A stretch of DNA of 64,000 nt, taken from contig OY730476.1 in the NCBI GenBank assembly GCA_963422735.1, positions 4,608,001 through 4,672,000 on the forward strand, in the 5' to 3' direction. Of the stretch, positions 10,577 to 19,462 are shown piece after piece. Under the pieces are notes generated by a model that made no database searches, was not told the DNA's origin, and saw only the letters and a program-made list of their open reading frames with translations. This stretch comes from Candidatus Latescibacterota bacterium (GTDB taxonomy: Bacteria > Latescibacterota > UBA2968 > UBA8231). How positions within the stretch are numbered: the first letter of the stretch is position 1; every line of letters starts with the position of its first letter. The position numbers and the translations under genes are program-made.

Positions 10577-13403
10577 TCAACCAACAGAGAGCGACCTGAA
10601 TCTGCGTAAAGAATACCCCAAGGGAAGTTTTCCACTTCTCTGCGACGTGGAACTTCGACAAACATTGTATTCGGTATTCTGGCGGGTTGGTCGCTCTTCT
10701 TTTTTTTTTCTGTTCGCCTTCCTGCTCTTGCCAGCGGTCCTTCGCGCCCAACCCCTCGCCATGGCCCCGAATGCGCTCGACTTGGGTGTAGTCGGCGTCG
10801 GCGTGGAGGCGCGAGCGTCCGTTTCCGTCGAAAATCTACAAGACGACGCGCTTAAAGTGATCGTCGGCATTAGCGGTGCTGGTTTTGGCGCGGCACCGGA
10901 TACGCTGCGCTTGGACGGCAAGGGCACCGACAGCGTCGAAGTGCGCTTCAGCGCCGACGCGTCCGGGGAGTACGTGGGCGAGCTGACGTTGCAGGTAGCC
11001 GCCTTGTTCAAAGACCAGTGCCTAGTCGTGCCGATCCAAGCGGTAGCCGTTGTTCCCACTCTGGTACTATTGCCGGCCGAGGGGCTGGATTTTGGCTCGG
11101 TGCCAGTCGGACAAGTGGCGACGGCAGCCATTGTCGTCAAAAACACCGGTGCCGTGCCCGTGGCGTCTGGGCAGATGGACGTTGTCGATCCGCAGGGCCC
11201 CTTTAGCGTGGAGGGCGACGTCGGCCCTTGGCCTGCCCCCAGCGGTGAAACGCGAATTGACGTTGCGTTCGCCCCGATGCGCGCAGGGCCGATCTCGGCT
11301 GAATTCGTGGTCACCGCGCCCGACTTTGGGGATTGGTCCATTCCCCTGCGGGGGAGCGGTTTGGTGCCGCAGGCGGCCTTTTCGCCTCTCCCGCAAGTGG
11401 GTCTCGATTTTGGCACTGTCGAGGTGGGCCAGCGCCTAACACGCCGCGTGACTGTCCTCAATCAGGGCCAAGCCGAGCTGCACATTGAAAACGCCGATAT
11501 CGAGGGTGCGGCCTTTGTCCTTGGGGCCGGGGACTCGTCGGCGACCATCGCTCCCGAGGGGCGGCTCGACCTGAGTACGGCGTTTGTGCCGCAAAGCGAA
11601 GGCGACCAAAACGGCATCCTGCACCTGTATACCAGCGATCCACAAGCCGCCACGGTCGCCATCCCCCTCGCGGGTCGCGGCCAAATCAGCCCGCCGCGCA
11701 TCGAGATTCTCCATGGCGACATTGACTTAGGCAGCGTACCCATCGGCGGGAGTGTGCGCGGCCATTTGCTGTTGTGGAACAGGGGAGGCCAGCCGGGCGT
11801 AGTGGAGGTCTCCGTGGTCGCGGACGAAGGCGTTGAATTCGGTCTCGAACAACACTCGGTCCTCGTCCAGCCTAGGGCCAGCGCCCAGGTAGGGCTGAGT
11901 TTTTCGCCCAAGGAAGCCGGTCCTCGCCAAGCTACTCTCCACGTCGAGGCCGAAGCCGAGCGTCAGACCGTGCGCTTGCAGGGCATAGGCCAGTTTTTCG
12001 CCCTCAGCCCAGCGACCGTGGACTTCGGCCGAGTCGCCGTCGGCGAAAGCAGCAGCCGAGTTGTCGAAATAGCCAATGTGGGCAACGCCGACTTTGAGAT
12101 TCACCAGTTGCGCTCGACGAGTGCCGCATTTACCGCCCATACCCCAATTGACGCCGACAACAAATTCCTGCTGCCGGCCCACCGCCAGCGCACCTTGCCG
12201 CTGCACGTGGCTTTCAGCCCGTCGGCCCGCGGAGCGATTTCGGGAACCTTGCGCTTGGACGGTTTGGGCGTGAATGAGATGATGACGCTCGACATCCTGC
12301 TCAAGGGCAACGGAGTGGCCGCCGAGATTGAGTTGCATCCGGCGGGCAGCGTCGATTTTGGCTACGTGGCCTTGGGGGAGCAGGTGGAAAGGACCTTTGT
12401 GGCCACCAATGTCGGCGATACCGTGCTGCAAGTCGAAGCGCATCCCCAAAGCAAGGAGGCCCATGTCTCGCCGGCGCAATTCGCGCTGGCCCCGGGCGAG
12501 TCCGCACGTCTCAAGTTCTTTTTTGCACCCGATGCCTTGGGCGAGTGCCGAGGGCGCGTTTTGTTGGTCAGCAACGACGTCAAGGACCGCGCCCGTCCGC
12601 TCGAATACAAGGGGCACGGAGTGCTGGCAGACATCGACTTGGCGCAGATTGTCGAGTTGTTGGTCTCGCGCGGCGAAAAGACCGAGCCGTTGGCCGTCAG
12701 TTGGAACAATGCTCCCGTCGTGCAAAAAGACGGCACCAAAGTGGATGTGGCCTTTGCGATTCCCGACTCGCTATGGCGGGCACTAATCGGTCGCGAGATG
12801 GCGGTAGAGTGGACCCGGCTCGACGAAAACTACGCCCCCAAAGGCAGTACCCAAAAGAAGAAGGTTACAATCTACGAGTCGAGCGGCGGACGCGTCCTAG
12901 CCGAGGATCTCAACTTGCGGCTGTCGGAAGAAGACAATCGCCGAGTGCGGCTCAAAATCACTACCCATAGCTACCCGGGTGCCCCGCCGCAGAGCGTGTC
13001 GCAGCTTTTGGAGGCCGGGGGCTGGAAGTGGGAATTTGAGGCCAAGCCGCTGGTTTCCTTTTTGACGATCCGTCCTGGGCGCGATTATATCGACGCCGAT
13101 GGCGACGCGGTCCAAGGCGAAACCGAGCGCCTGATTGGCTTGCCTGGATTGGCCTTTGCCGGCTGGCACAACGTGGATAACCCGTCGATTTCCGGCGTCC
13201 ATTGCACCGCCATCGGCAATGTTCTCGAAGCCCTTTCGACCGGAAACTCGCTGGCCATTTCTCTGGGCGTGGCCATTTCTTTTTACAAGGATCAGTTCCT
13301 CTTCGGCTTCGGCTGGGACATTTACGACAGCCGACCCCGAGGCAAGAAGAAAGGCTCGCAGGACTACATTATGACCTTTAAGTACTCGGGATTGTTCAAG
13401 TGA
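10572..13403 (+). CDS. Secreted protein with ~6 choice-of-anchor D/ASH (HYDIN-like) Ig repeats and an unassigned C-terminal region
   Basis: Repeated (L/V)DFG.V.VG...N.G...L...F.P units; hydrophobic signal ending LRA-Q; true start likely downstream of 10572 (e.g. 10647 or 10665). Confidence 0.8.
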   Translation: MFQPTESDLNLRKEYPKGSFPLLCDVELRQTLYSVFWRVGRSSFFFLFAFLLLPAVLRAQPLAMAPNALDLGVVGVGVEARASVSVENLQDDALKVIVGISGAGFGAAPDTLRLDGKGTDSVEVRFSADASGEYVGELTLQVAALFKDQCLVVPIQAVAVVPTLVLLPAEGLDFGSVPVGQVATAAIVVKNTGAVPVASGQMDVVDPQGPFSVEGDVGPWPAPSGETRIDVAFAPMRAGPISAEFVVTAPDFGDWSIPLRGSGLVPQAAFSPLPQVGLDFGTVEVGQRLTRRVTVLNQGQAELHIENADIEGAAFVLGAGDSSATIAPEGRLDLSTAFVPQSEGDQNGILHLYTSDPQAATVAIPLAGRGQISPPRIEILHGDIDLGSVPIGGSVRGHLLLWNRGGQPGVVEVSVVADEGVEFGLEQHSVLVQPRASAQVGLSFSPKEAGPRQATLHVEAEAERQTVRLQGIGQFFALSPATVDFGRVAVGESSSRVVEIANVGNADFEIHQLRSTSAAFTAHTPIDADNKFLLPAHRQRTLPLHVAFSPSARGAISGTLRLDGLGVNEMMTLDILLKGNGVAAEIELHPAGSVDFGYVALGEQVERTFVATNVGDTVLQVEAHPQSKEAHVSPAQFALAPGESARLKFFFAPDALGECRGRVLLVSNDVKDRARPLEYKGHGVLADIDLAQIVELLVSRGEKTEPLAVSWNNAPVVQKDGTKVDVAFAIPDSLWRALIGREMAVEWTRLDENYAPKGSTQKKKVTIYESSGGRVLAEDLNLRLSEEDNRRVRLKITTHSYPGAPPQSVSQLLEAGGWKWEFEAKPLVSFLTIRPGRDYIDADGDAVQGETERLIGLPGLAFAGWHNVDNPSISGVHCTAIGNVLEALSTGNSLAISLGVAISFYKDQFLFGFGWDIYDSRPRGKKKGSQDYIMTFKYSGLFK

Positions 13404-14349
13404 GCAGGCGGCGGTACACCATGGCCGCTGCACACAAGTCCTGCGCCCCCATCCCGGTCAGATAAACCGCGCTAGGTGCTGTCGCGCCAAGCCGCCCGCA
13501 GGCGGCGTCGCCGATATCGAGTACCGCGCCCTCGGCATTCCGCGCCAAGGCGATCTGCTCGGCTTGGCCCTGCTCGGCCGCAAAGCGGAACTCCCCGGAC
13601 CGCTGGGCTTGAGCGAGGATATCGACGACCACCGTGCGCTCGTAGAGGACCTCCGGCGCGAGCTGGCGTGTGCGACTATCCCCGGCGATGACGGCGAGAT
13701 AGGGGACCTCAGCTAGTGCCGCCGCCGTCAAAATGGGCTGCGGCGTCGGTACCGCCGTCAGCACGGCGTCGGCATCGGCTATACAGGCCTCTAGCGACGC
13801 TGCTACCCGCAGGCGCGCTCGCAGGTCCGGCCCGACCGCTTCGGCAAACGCCGCCCGGTTTGCCGCCCGGCGACTCGTGCAGGCAATCTCCGCCAAATCA
13901 AAGAGTGTGTCGCAGGATAGGGCCAAGCTCCGCGCAATCCGGCCGGTTCCCAGAATGGCGACTCGCTCGATGGCCGCACCCGCTAGGTATTGGAGACCCA
14001 ATGCCCCGGCCGCGCCGGTGCGCCTGTCGGTGATGTGTCCCGCCTCTAGCCTCCGCGCCCGGTCCTGTTGCAAGTCTTCAAATGCGATATACGCCTCCCG
14101 CTTAGCCAGCCGTCCGGTCGCCACGTCTGAAAACTCTTCGATAATTTTTCTCGAGCGAAACGTACCCAGCCATTCGGCTGGCATATCCAAGCGAAAGTAG
14201 TCGAGTGCCCCGCGCTTTTGGATGGATTCAGTGCGCGGCGGATTGTCGATGACCCCCGCACCGTACCGCTCGAACGCTTGGTGACAGGCGGCGAGAAAAT
14301 CAGCTATGGAGAACCGATGGGCAAAGGCTTCTTCGCGCAGGAGATCCAC
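13396..14349 (-). CDS. Ornithine cyclodeaminase/mu-crystallin family protein
   Basis: IT.RRTGAAGALG, AILGTGRIA, TGMGAQDL..A. Confidence 0.8.
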   Translation of the reverse strand: MDLLREEAFAHRFSIADFLAACHQAFERYGAGVIDNPPRTESIQKRGALDYFRLDMPAEWLGTFRSRKIIEEFSDVATGRLAKREAYIAFEDLQQDRARRLEAGHITDRRTGAAGALGLQYLAGAAIERVAILGTGRIARSLALSCDTLFDLAEIACTSRRAANRAAFAEAVGPDLRARLRVAASLEACIADADAVLTAVPTPQPILTAAALAEVPYLAVIAGDSRTRQLAPEVLYERTVVVDILAQAQRSGEFRFAAEQGQAEQIALARNAEGAVLDIGDAACGRLGATAPSAVYLTGMGAQDLCAAAMVYRRLLT

Positions 14350-14416
14350 GTCTTATCCTTTGTTTCTTGACGTAACTTACCGTTTTTTATTCATTTAATA
14401 ATATAACGTTGGAGCG

Positions 14417-14872
14417 ATGGAACGAGAAAACCCCAACTTGCAGGAGCTAGTTTTGTGGGGGCTGGCCGTTGTGGCCATAGCCCTTCTCCTTAAAGCGGCC
14501 TTTTGGCCGCACTCTGCTGCTGTCCCCGAGCCAACGCCCCAACGGGAAGTTCCCAAGCTGGAAACCACTTCCCAAATCAGCCCCATTCGGGTTGAAATTC
14601 TCAACGGCGGAGGCGAACCGCAGATCGCTGCCCGCCTCCGCAAAAAGGTACGCGCCCTCGGGCTAGATGTGATTCACGAAGGCAATGCACCCAGCTTCAA
14701 TTACTTACACACCCTCGTCGTCGATTTGGACGGCGATATTGAGCAAGCCCGACAAGTGGCGGATGTCTTGGGAATACCCCATTTTATTCAGCAGAAGACG
14801 GATCAGTTCAGCTTGGCGAGCGTCTCGATTGTCATCGGGCGCGACTATCGCCGCATCGGCCTGCTCGACTAG
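14417..14872 (+). CDS. LytR C-terminal domain membrane protein
   Basis: N-terminal TM, VEILNG.G...A, GNA, VSIVIG.DY. Confidence 0.85.
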   Translation: MERENPNLQELVLWGLAVVAIALLLKAAFWPHSAAVPEPTPQREVPKLETTSQISPIRVEILNGGGEPQIAARLRKKVRALGLDVIHEGNAPSFNYLHTLVVDLDGDIEQARQVADVLGIPHFIQQKTDQFSLASVSIVIGRDYRRIGLLD

Positions 14873-14899
14873 GCCGAGTAATACCAAGAGAAAACGGCC

Positions 14900-15295
14900 G
14901 TGAAACAAGAGCCGGGCATCGCCCGCGTCGTAGAAATTTTACAAGATAAAAAGGCCCTCGCAGTAACCTTGCTGGACCTGCGCGACGTCACCGACACCTG
15001 TGACTACTTCCTGCTCTGTACGGGCACCTCTGAACAGCACATCCGCAGCCTCGCCGACGAGGTGCGGGACCAACTCGCCGCGATGGGAGAAAAGCCTTGG
15101 CACATTGAGGGCGTGGATACGCGGCGCTGGGTGCTGATAGATTACGTCGATTTCGTCGTCCACATCTTTCGCAAGGAGGCACGCGACTTCTACGCCCTAG
15201 AGAGGCTATGGGGCGACGCCGAGCGCACGGACTTCCCAGATGAGAGTGAGCCCGAGGAAGCCGCAGAAACCTCCTTTGAATTTTCGACCTTCTAA
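14900..15295 (+). CDS. rsfS: Ribosome silencing factor
   Basis: DKKA, DYF..CTG.S, WVLIDY.D.VVHIF....RDFYALERLWGDA. Confidence 0.95.
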   Translation: MKQEPGIARVVEILQDKKALAVTLLDLRDVTDTCDYFLLCTGTSEQHIRSLADEVRDQLAAMGEKPWHIEGVDTRRWVLIDYVDFVVHIFRKEARDFYALERLWGDAERTDFPDESEPEEAAETSFEFSTF

Positions 15296-16335
15296 TGCCG
15301 ATGCAAACGCTCAGATGGCAGGACGATGCTCTGATCCTGCTCGACCAGACTCGCTTACCCGGGGAGCTGGTGTACGCGACCTATCGCCACGTTGAGGACA
15401 TTGCCCGCGCCATTGAAGAGCTGGTGGTGCGCGGCGCACCGGCCATTGGCTTGGCGGCTGCGTACGGCGTCGCGGTGGGCGCACGCGCAGCGGTCGATTG
15501 CGCCCCCGAGGCCTTTTGCCGCTGCGTGGAAGCGGCCATCGCCCGCCTCGCCCGCACCCGGCCCACCGCGGTCAACCTGTTTTGGGCCTTGGATCAGATG
15601 CAGGAGGTGTTGGCGGCGAATCGGAGCCGCGACAACCACGCCATCTACGACGCCCTGCTAGAGGCCGCGCATCGCCTCTTTGAGGAAGATCGCCAAATCT
15701 GTCGCCAGATCGGTGCCCGCGGCGCGGCACTTTTGCGCGATGGCAGCCAAGTTATCACCCACTGCAACGCCGGCGGCTTGGCCACGGCCGACTACGGCAC
15801 GGCCTTGGGGGTCGTCTATGCGGCCCAAGAGGCGGGTAAGAAAGTCGCCGTGTTTGCCGACGAGACCCGCCCCTTGCTCCAAGGTTCGCGGCTGACGGCG
15901 TGGGAGCTGATACAGAGCGGCATCGACGTCAAGGTCATCTGCGACAATGCGGCCGCGGCCGTGCTGCGGAGCGAGGCGATTGATTGCTGCCTAGTGGGGG
16001 CTGACCGCATCGCCAAAAACGGCGACGTGGCCAACAAAATAGGCACCTACGGGCTGGCCATCCTTGCCCGCGAGCACGGCGTGCCCTTCTACGTGGCCGC
16101 GCCGTGCTCGACCCTCGACATGGCCTTGGCCTCGGGCGCGGAAATCCCCATTGAAAAGCGAGACGCAGCCGAGGTCCGCGAAGGCATGGGCAAGCCCACA
16201 GCCCCGGATGCGGTGCCGGTTTACAATCCGGCCTTTGACGTCACGCCCTGCGACTTGGTGTCGGCGATCATCTCGGAAAAGGGCGTCGCCCGCGCTCCGT
16301 ACGAACCCGCTTTGTGCGCTTGGGTCGAGCCATGA
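15295..16335 (+). CDS. mtnA: S-methyl-5-thioribose-1-phosphate isomerase
   Basis: LDQTRLP, VRGAPAIG, RPTAVNL, THCNAGGLAT, ETRP.LQGSRLT, GADRI, NKIGTY, NPAFDVTP. Confidence 0.95.
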   Translation: MPMQTLRWQDDALILLDQTRLPGELVYATYRHVEDIARAIEELVVRGAPAIGLAAAYGVAVGARAAVDCAPEAFCRCVEAAIARLARTRPTAVNLFWALDQMQEVLAANRSRDNHAIYDALLEAAHRLFEEDRQICRQIGARGAALLRDGSQVITHCNAGGLATADYGTALGVVYAAQEAGKKVAVFADETRPLLQGSRLTAWELIQSGIDVKVICDNAAAAVLRSEAIDCCLVGADRIAKNGDVANKIGTYGLAILAREHGVPFYVAAPCSTLDMALASGAEIPIEKRDAAEVREGMGKPTAPDAVPVYNPAFDVTPCDLVSAIISEKGVARAPYEPALCAWVEP

Positions 16336-17108
16336 GAATCTACTCAATCCTCCTATTGCTGGTCCTGCTCGGCACAGTCCACTGTGCGAGCGCGCCGCGC
16401 TGGCGCAGTGATTCGGGCGACGCCGCGCCCGTCAGCCGCGAAGAATTCGACCCGCGGACCCTCGGCGAAGATTCTTTGCTAGTTGAGCCGGTGCAACGCG
16501 AGAGTCGCGACCAAACCCAAACCCCAGCGGAGCCGGCAGTCCCCGTGCAAGACCGCACCCCGGTAGCGAGATATTCGGTCTATCGCCTCCAGCTTTTAGC
16601 CCTGAGTAATGAAGCCATGGCCCGCAAGCTCCGCGCCGAACTAGAACGCGCACTCGGCGTGAGGGTCTATCTAGTGGCCCGCAACGAGCACTCGGTGCTG
16701 CAAGCTGGCCAATACGCCACCCGCGCCGAGGCCGCGGCTCTTAAGGAGCAGGTTGCCGCACTCGGATCGGACTACGCCGATGCCTATGTCGTCGAGGTCC
16801 CGGCGAGCACGGTGCCCGACTTCGAGCTGGCGGAGGCTGTGCCCGAGCAAGTGAGTACCTTTGGCTGGAAGGTGCTGATCGACCAGTTCCTATCCCACGA
16901 CGATGCCATCCGCCTCGCGGAAGAGGCCAAAAAGCACCTGAAGCGCGAAGACATCAACGTGACCTTTAAGGCACCACCTTATTACAAGATCGAAGTCGGC
17001 AACTACCGCACCGAGGCGGAAGCCCAGGCTGCGGCCGAACGAATCGGGAAGTACTACCCCAACGCCCTCAAGGTCCGCTCCCAGGTCCTCATCCCGCAAG
17101 AGGACTGA
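16332..17108 (+). CDS. SPOR-domain protein (two SPOR domains), probable lipoprotein
   Basis: Signal peptide ending in Cys; G.Y.TRAEA and YKIEVGNY.TEAEA motifs. Confidence 0.75.
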   Translation: MRIYSILLLLVLLGTVHCASAPRWRSDSGDAAPVSREEFDPRTLGEDSLLVEPVQRESRDQTQTPAEPAVPVQDRTPVARYSVYRLQLLALSNEAMARKLRAELERALGVRVYLVARNEHSVLQAGQYATRAEAAALKEQVAALGSDYADAYVVEVPASTVPDFELAEAVPEQVSTFGWKVLIDQFLSHDDAIRLAEEAKKHLKREDINVTFKAPPYYKIEVGNYRTEAEAQAAAERIGKYYPNALKVRSQVLIPQED

Positions 17109-17114
17109 CGCGCC

Positions 17115-18992
17115 ATGCGCTTGTATTGCTGTGTCATTGCATTGCTGCTGATGGCCTGTGCCCATGGCAAAAGCACTGGACCTTTGGTCTTCGACGAGGC
17201 CGCTCCTGTCATGCCTGCGGACCCGCCGCCGGATACGGCCGACCTACGCGCCGTTCGTTGGCACTTGCTTCTCGCTATTGAAAGCCACGCTATAGGGCAG
17301 ACCCAACGGGCGCAAGAGGCCCTCGACGCGGCCTTAGGCATTCTCGCCGACCTCGACGCGCACGACGCGCTCGTGGATACCGCGCAGGCCGCAACTCTCG
17401 GCTTGGGTATTGAGCGGGCATACCTCAGCCTATTACCGCACCTAAAGCACTTTCCCGCCGACAGCCACTTGCCCCTCTTGCTTGAAGGGCTATCCGACGA
17501 AAAGATCGAGAACCTGCCGGCAGACGCCGAGCCTTTGATCCGCATCCACCAGCTCGGCCGCCGCTGCGACATGCCCATTGACGCCAACGCTCGCGTCGTC
17601 GCCAGCCTCCACTTCTTCCAGACGCGGGGCCGCAAGACCTTTGCCACTTGGTTGCAGCGCGCCGGGCGCTATCGCACACTGATCGTCGATATCCTCCGGC
17701 GCGAGGGGATGCCCAGCGACCTTTTTTATTTAGCGATCATCGAGAGCGGCCTCAACCCAAGGGCCTATTCGCGGTCGCGGGCCGTGGGGTTGTGGCAGTT
17801 TATAGAGCGCACCGGCCGCATGATGGGCCTCAAACGCACCCACTGGATCGACGAGCGGCGAGACCCGATCAAGGCGACCGTTGCTGCCGCCCGATACCTA
17901 AAAGACCTTTTCGCAGAGTTCGGCGACTGGCGCTTGGCCTTGGCCGCGTACAATGCCGGGCCCGGACGAGTCCGCCGGGCCATCGCCCGCGCCGACACCA
18001 ACGACTACTGGCAGCTCGATTTGCCCCGCGAAACGAAAAACTACGTGCCGCTCTTCATGGCCGCGGCCGTCATAGCCAAGGATCCACAGCTTTTTGGTTT
18101 TGAACCCCAAGCTGAAGAGCCGGCCTTTGCATACGAGGAAGTCGCCCTGCCCGAAGGCTGGCAGTATGTCGATCTGAAAGTGGCGGCCCAGCTCTTGGGC
18201 ATCGAGCGCCAGGTATTGCACGACTTCAACCCCGAGTTGCGTCAAGACATTACGCCGCCAGGATTCCGTCCGTCTTATGTTTTGAAGGTACCGCAGGGCA
18301 AGGGCCAGATTTTGCTCGACCGGTACGCTAGCCTGCCGACCCCGCAGAAGGCAGCGGTCCATCAATATCAGGTGCAACGCGGCGATACGATCTCTGGTAT
18401 CGCCTTGGCCTTTGGAGTCACCACGCGAGTCATTGCCGCGGCCAATAGTCTGAGAAACCCCAATTTCATCCGGCCGCGGCAGGTTCTCTATATCCCGGTC
18501 GCCCCAAGGGCTAAGCAAGCGAGTGGCAGCCGGGGGATCTATACCGTGCGCCCGAACGACTCGCTCAGCCGCATCGCCTCTCGGCATGGGGTGCGCCTGC
18601 GCGACTTGGTGAAATGGAATGGCCTCAAAACCACTCTGATCAAACCCGGTCAGGAGTTGCTGGTGAGACAGCAGCCTAGCGCCCGAGAGGTGCCAAGCGG
18701 CGAGACCTACACGGTCCAGCCGGGCGATACGCTGTGGGAGTTGGCCCAACGTTTTTCGGTCAGCGTCGCCGACTTGCAGGCGTGGAACGGTCTCGAAAAA
18801 GTGCTTATTAAACCCGGTCAACAGCTAACCATGGCCAACGCGCAAGCGCGGGTGTACACCGTGGTCGCGGGCGATACGCTGCACAGCATCGCCCGCAAAT
18901 TCGGTCTCGCCCCTAGCGATATTGCCCGCCAGAACAACATCGACCTCTCAGAGACGCTGCTGGCGGGCACGACCTTGCAGATTCTGAGGTGA
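17115..18992 (+). CDS. mltD: Membrane-bound lytic murein transglycosylase with four LysM domains
   Basis: LMAC lipobox, IIESG, A.GLWQF, AAYNAG, ETKNYV, four Y.V..(G/N)D(T/S) LysM repeats. Confidence 0.88.
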   Translation: MRLYCCVIALLLMACAHGKSTGPLVFDEAAPVMPADPPPDTADLRAVRWHLLLAIESHAIGQTQRAQEALDAALGILADLDAHDALVDTAQAATLGLGIERAYLSLLPHLKHFPADSHLPLLLEGLSDEKIENLPADAEPLIRIHQLGRRCDMPIDANARVVASLHFFQTRGRKTFATWLQRAGRYRTLIVDILRREGMPSDLFYLAIIESGLNPRAYSRSRAVGLWQFIERTGRMMGLKRTHWIDERRDPIKATVAAARYLKDLFAEFGDWRLALAAYNAGPGRVRRAIARADTNDYWQLDLPRETKNYVPLFMAAAVIAKDPQLFGFEPQAEEPAFAYEEVALPEGWQYVDLKVAAQLLGIERQVLHDFNPELRQDITPPGFRPSYVLKVPQGKGQILLDRYASLPTPQKAAVHQYQVQRGDTISGIALAFGVTTRVIAAANSLRNPNFIRPRQVLYIPVAPRAKQASGSRGIYTVRPNDSLSRIASRHGVRLRDLVKWNGLKTTLIKPGQELLVRQQPSAREVPSGETYTVQPGDTLWELAQRFSVSVADLQAWNGLEKVLIKPGQQLTMANAQARVYTVVAGDTLHSIARKFGLAPSDIARQNNIDLSETLLAGTTLQILR

Positions 18993-19462
18993 CTGTGAGT
19001 GCGATCCGCCATATCCTCTTGCTAGTACTGGCCTTCACGCTGCAAACCACTTGGGTCGATTTCCTAAAAGTATGGTCGATCAAACCCGATCTATTGATTA
19101 CGACGTTGAGCTTCATCGCGCTGCGCAGCGGGCCGGTTGTCGGGGCTTATATGGGGCTGGGGGTCGGCATCCTCCAAGACATCTACCTGCCCGCCGACCT
19201 CGGAGTCAATGCGCTCGCCAAGTCGCTCATCGGCGCGGGCTTCGGCTATAGCTACGCCCGCATGGTCGCCGACAGCATCCAAGTTCAGACCGCGCTGGTT
19301 TTTGGTGCCGTGATCTGCCATGATCTCATCTACTATGTGGGTACCAGTGCCGATGTGTCCTTTGAGGTGGGCAGCATCTTGGGCCGCGCTGTGTACACGG
19401 GCCTGCTCAGTTCGGTTTTCCTAGCCGGCTTGACCCTCAAACGCCATCTCTTTTCCGCTTGA
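18989..19462 (+). CDS. mreD: Rod shape-determining protein MreD
   Basis: Hydrophobic, KPDL, G.LQD, G.NAL; directly upstream of mrdA. Confidence 0.85.
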   Translation: MTVSAIRHILLLVLAFTLQTTWVDFLKVWSIKPDLLITTLSFIALRSGPVVGAYMGLGVGILQDIYLPADLGVNALAKSLIGAGFGYSYARMVADSIQVQTALVFGAVICHDLIYYVGTSADVSFEVGSILGRAVYTGLLSSVFLAGLTLKRHLFSA

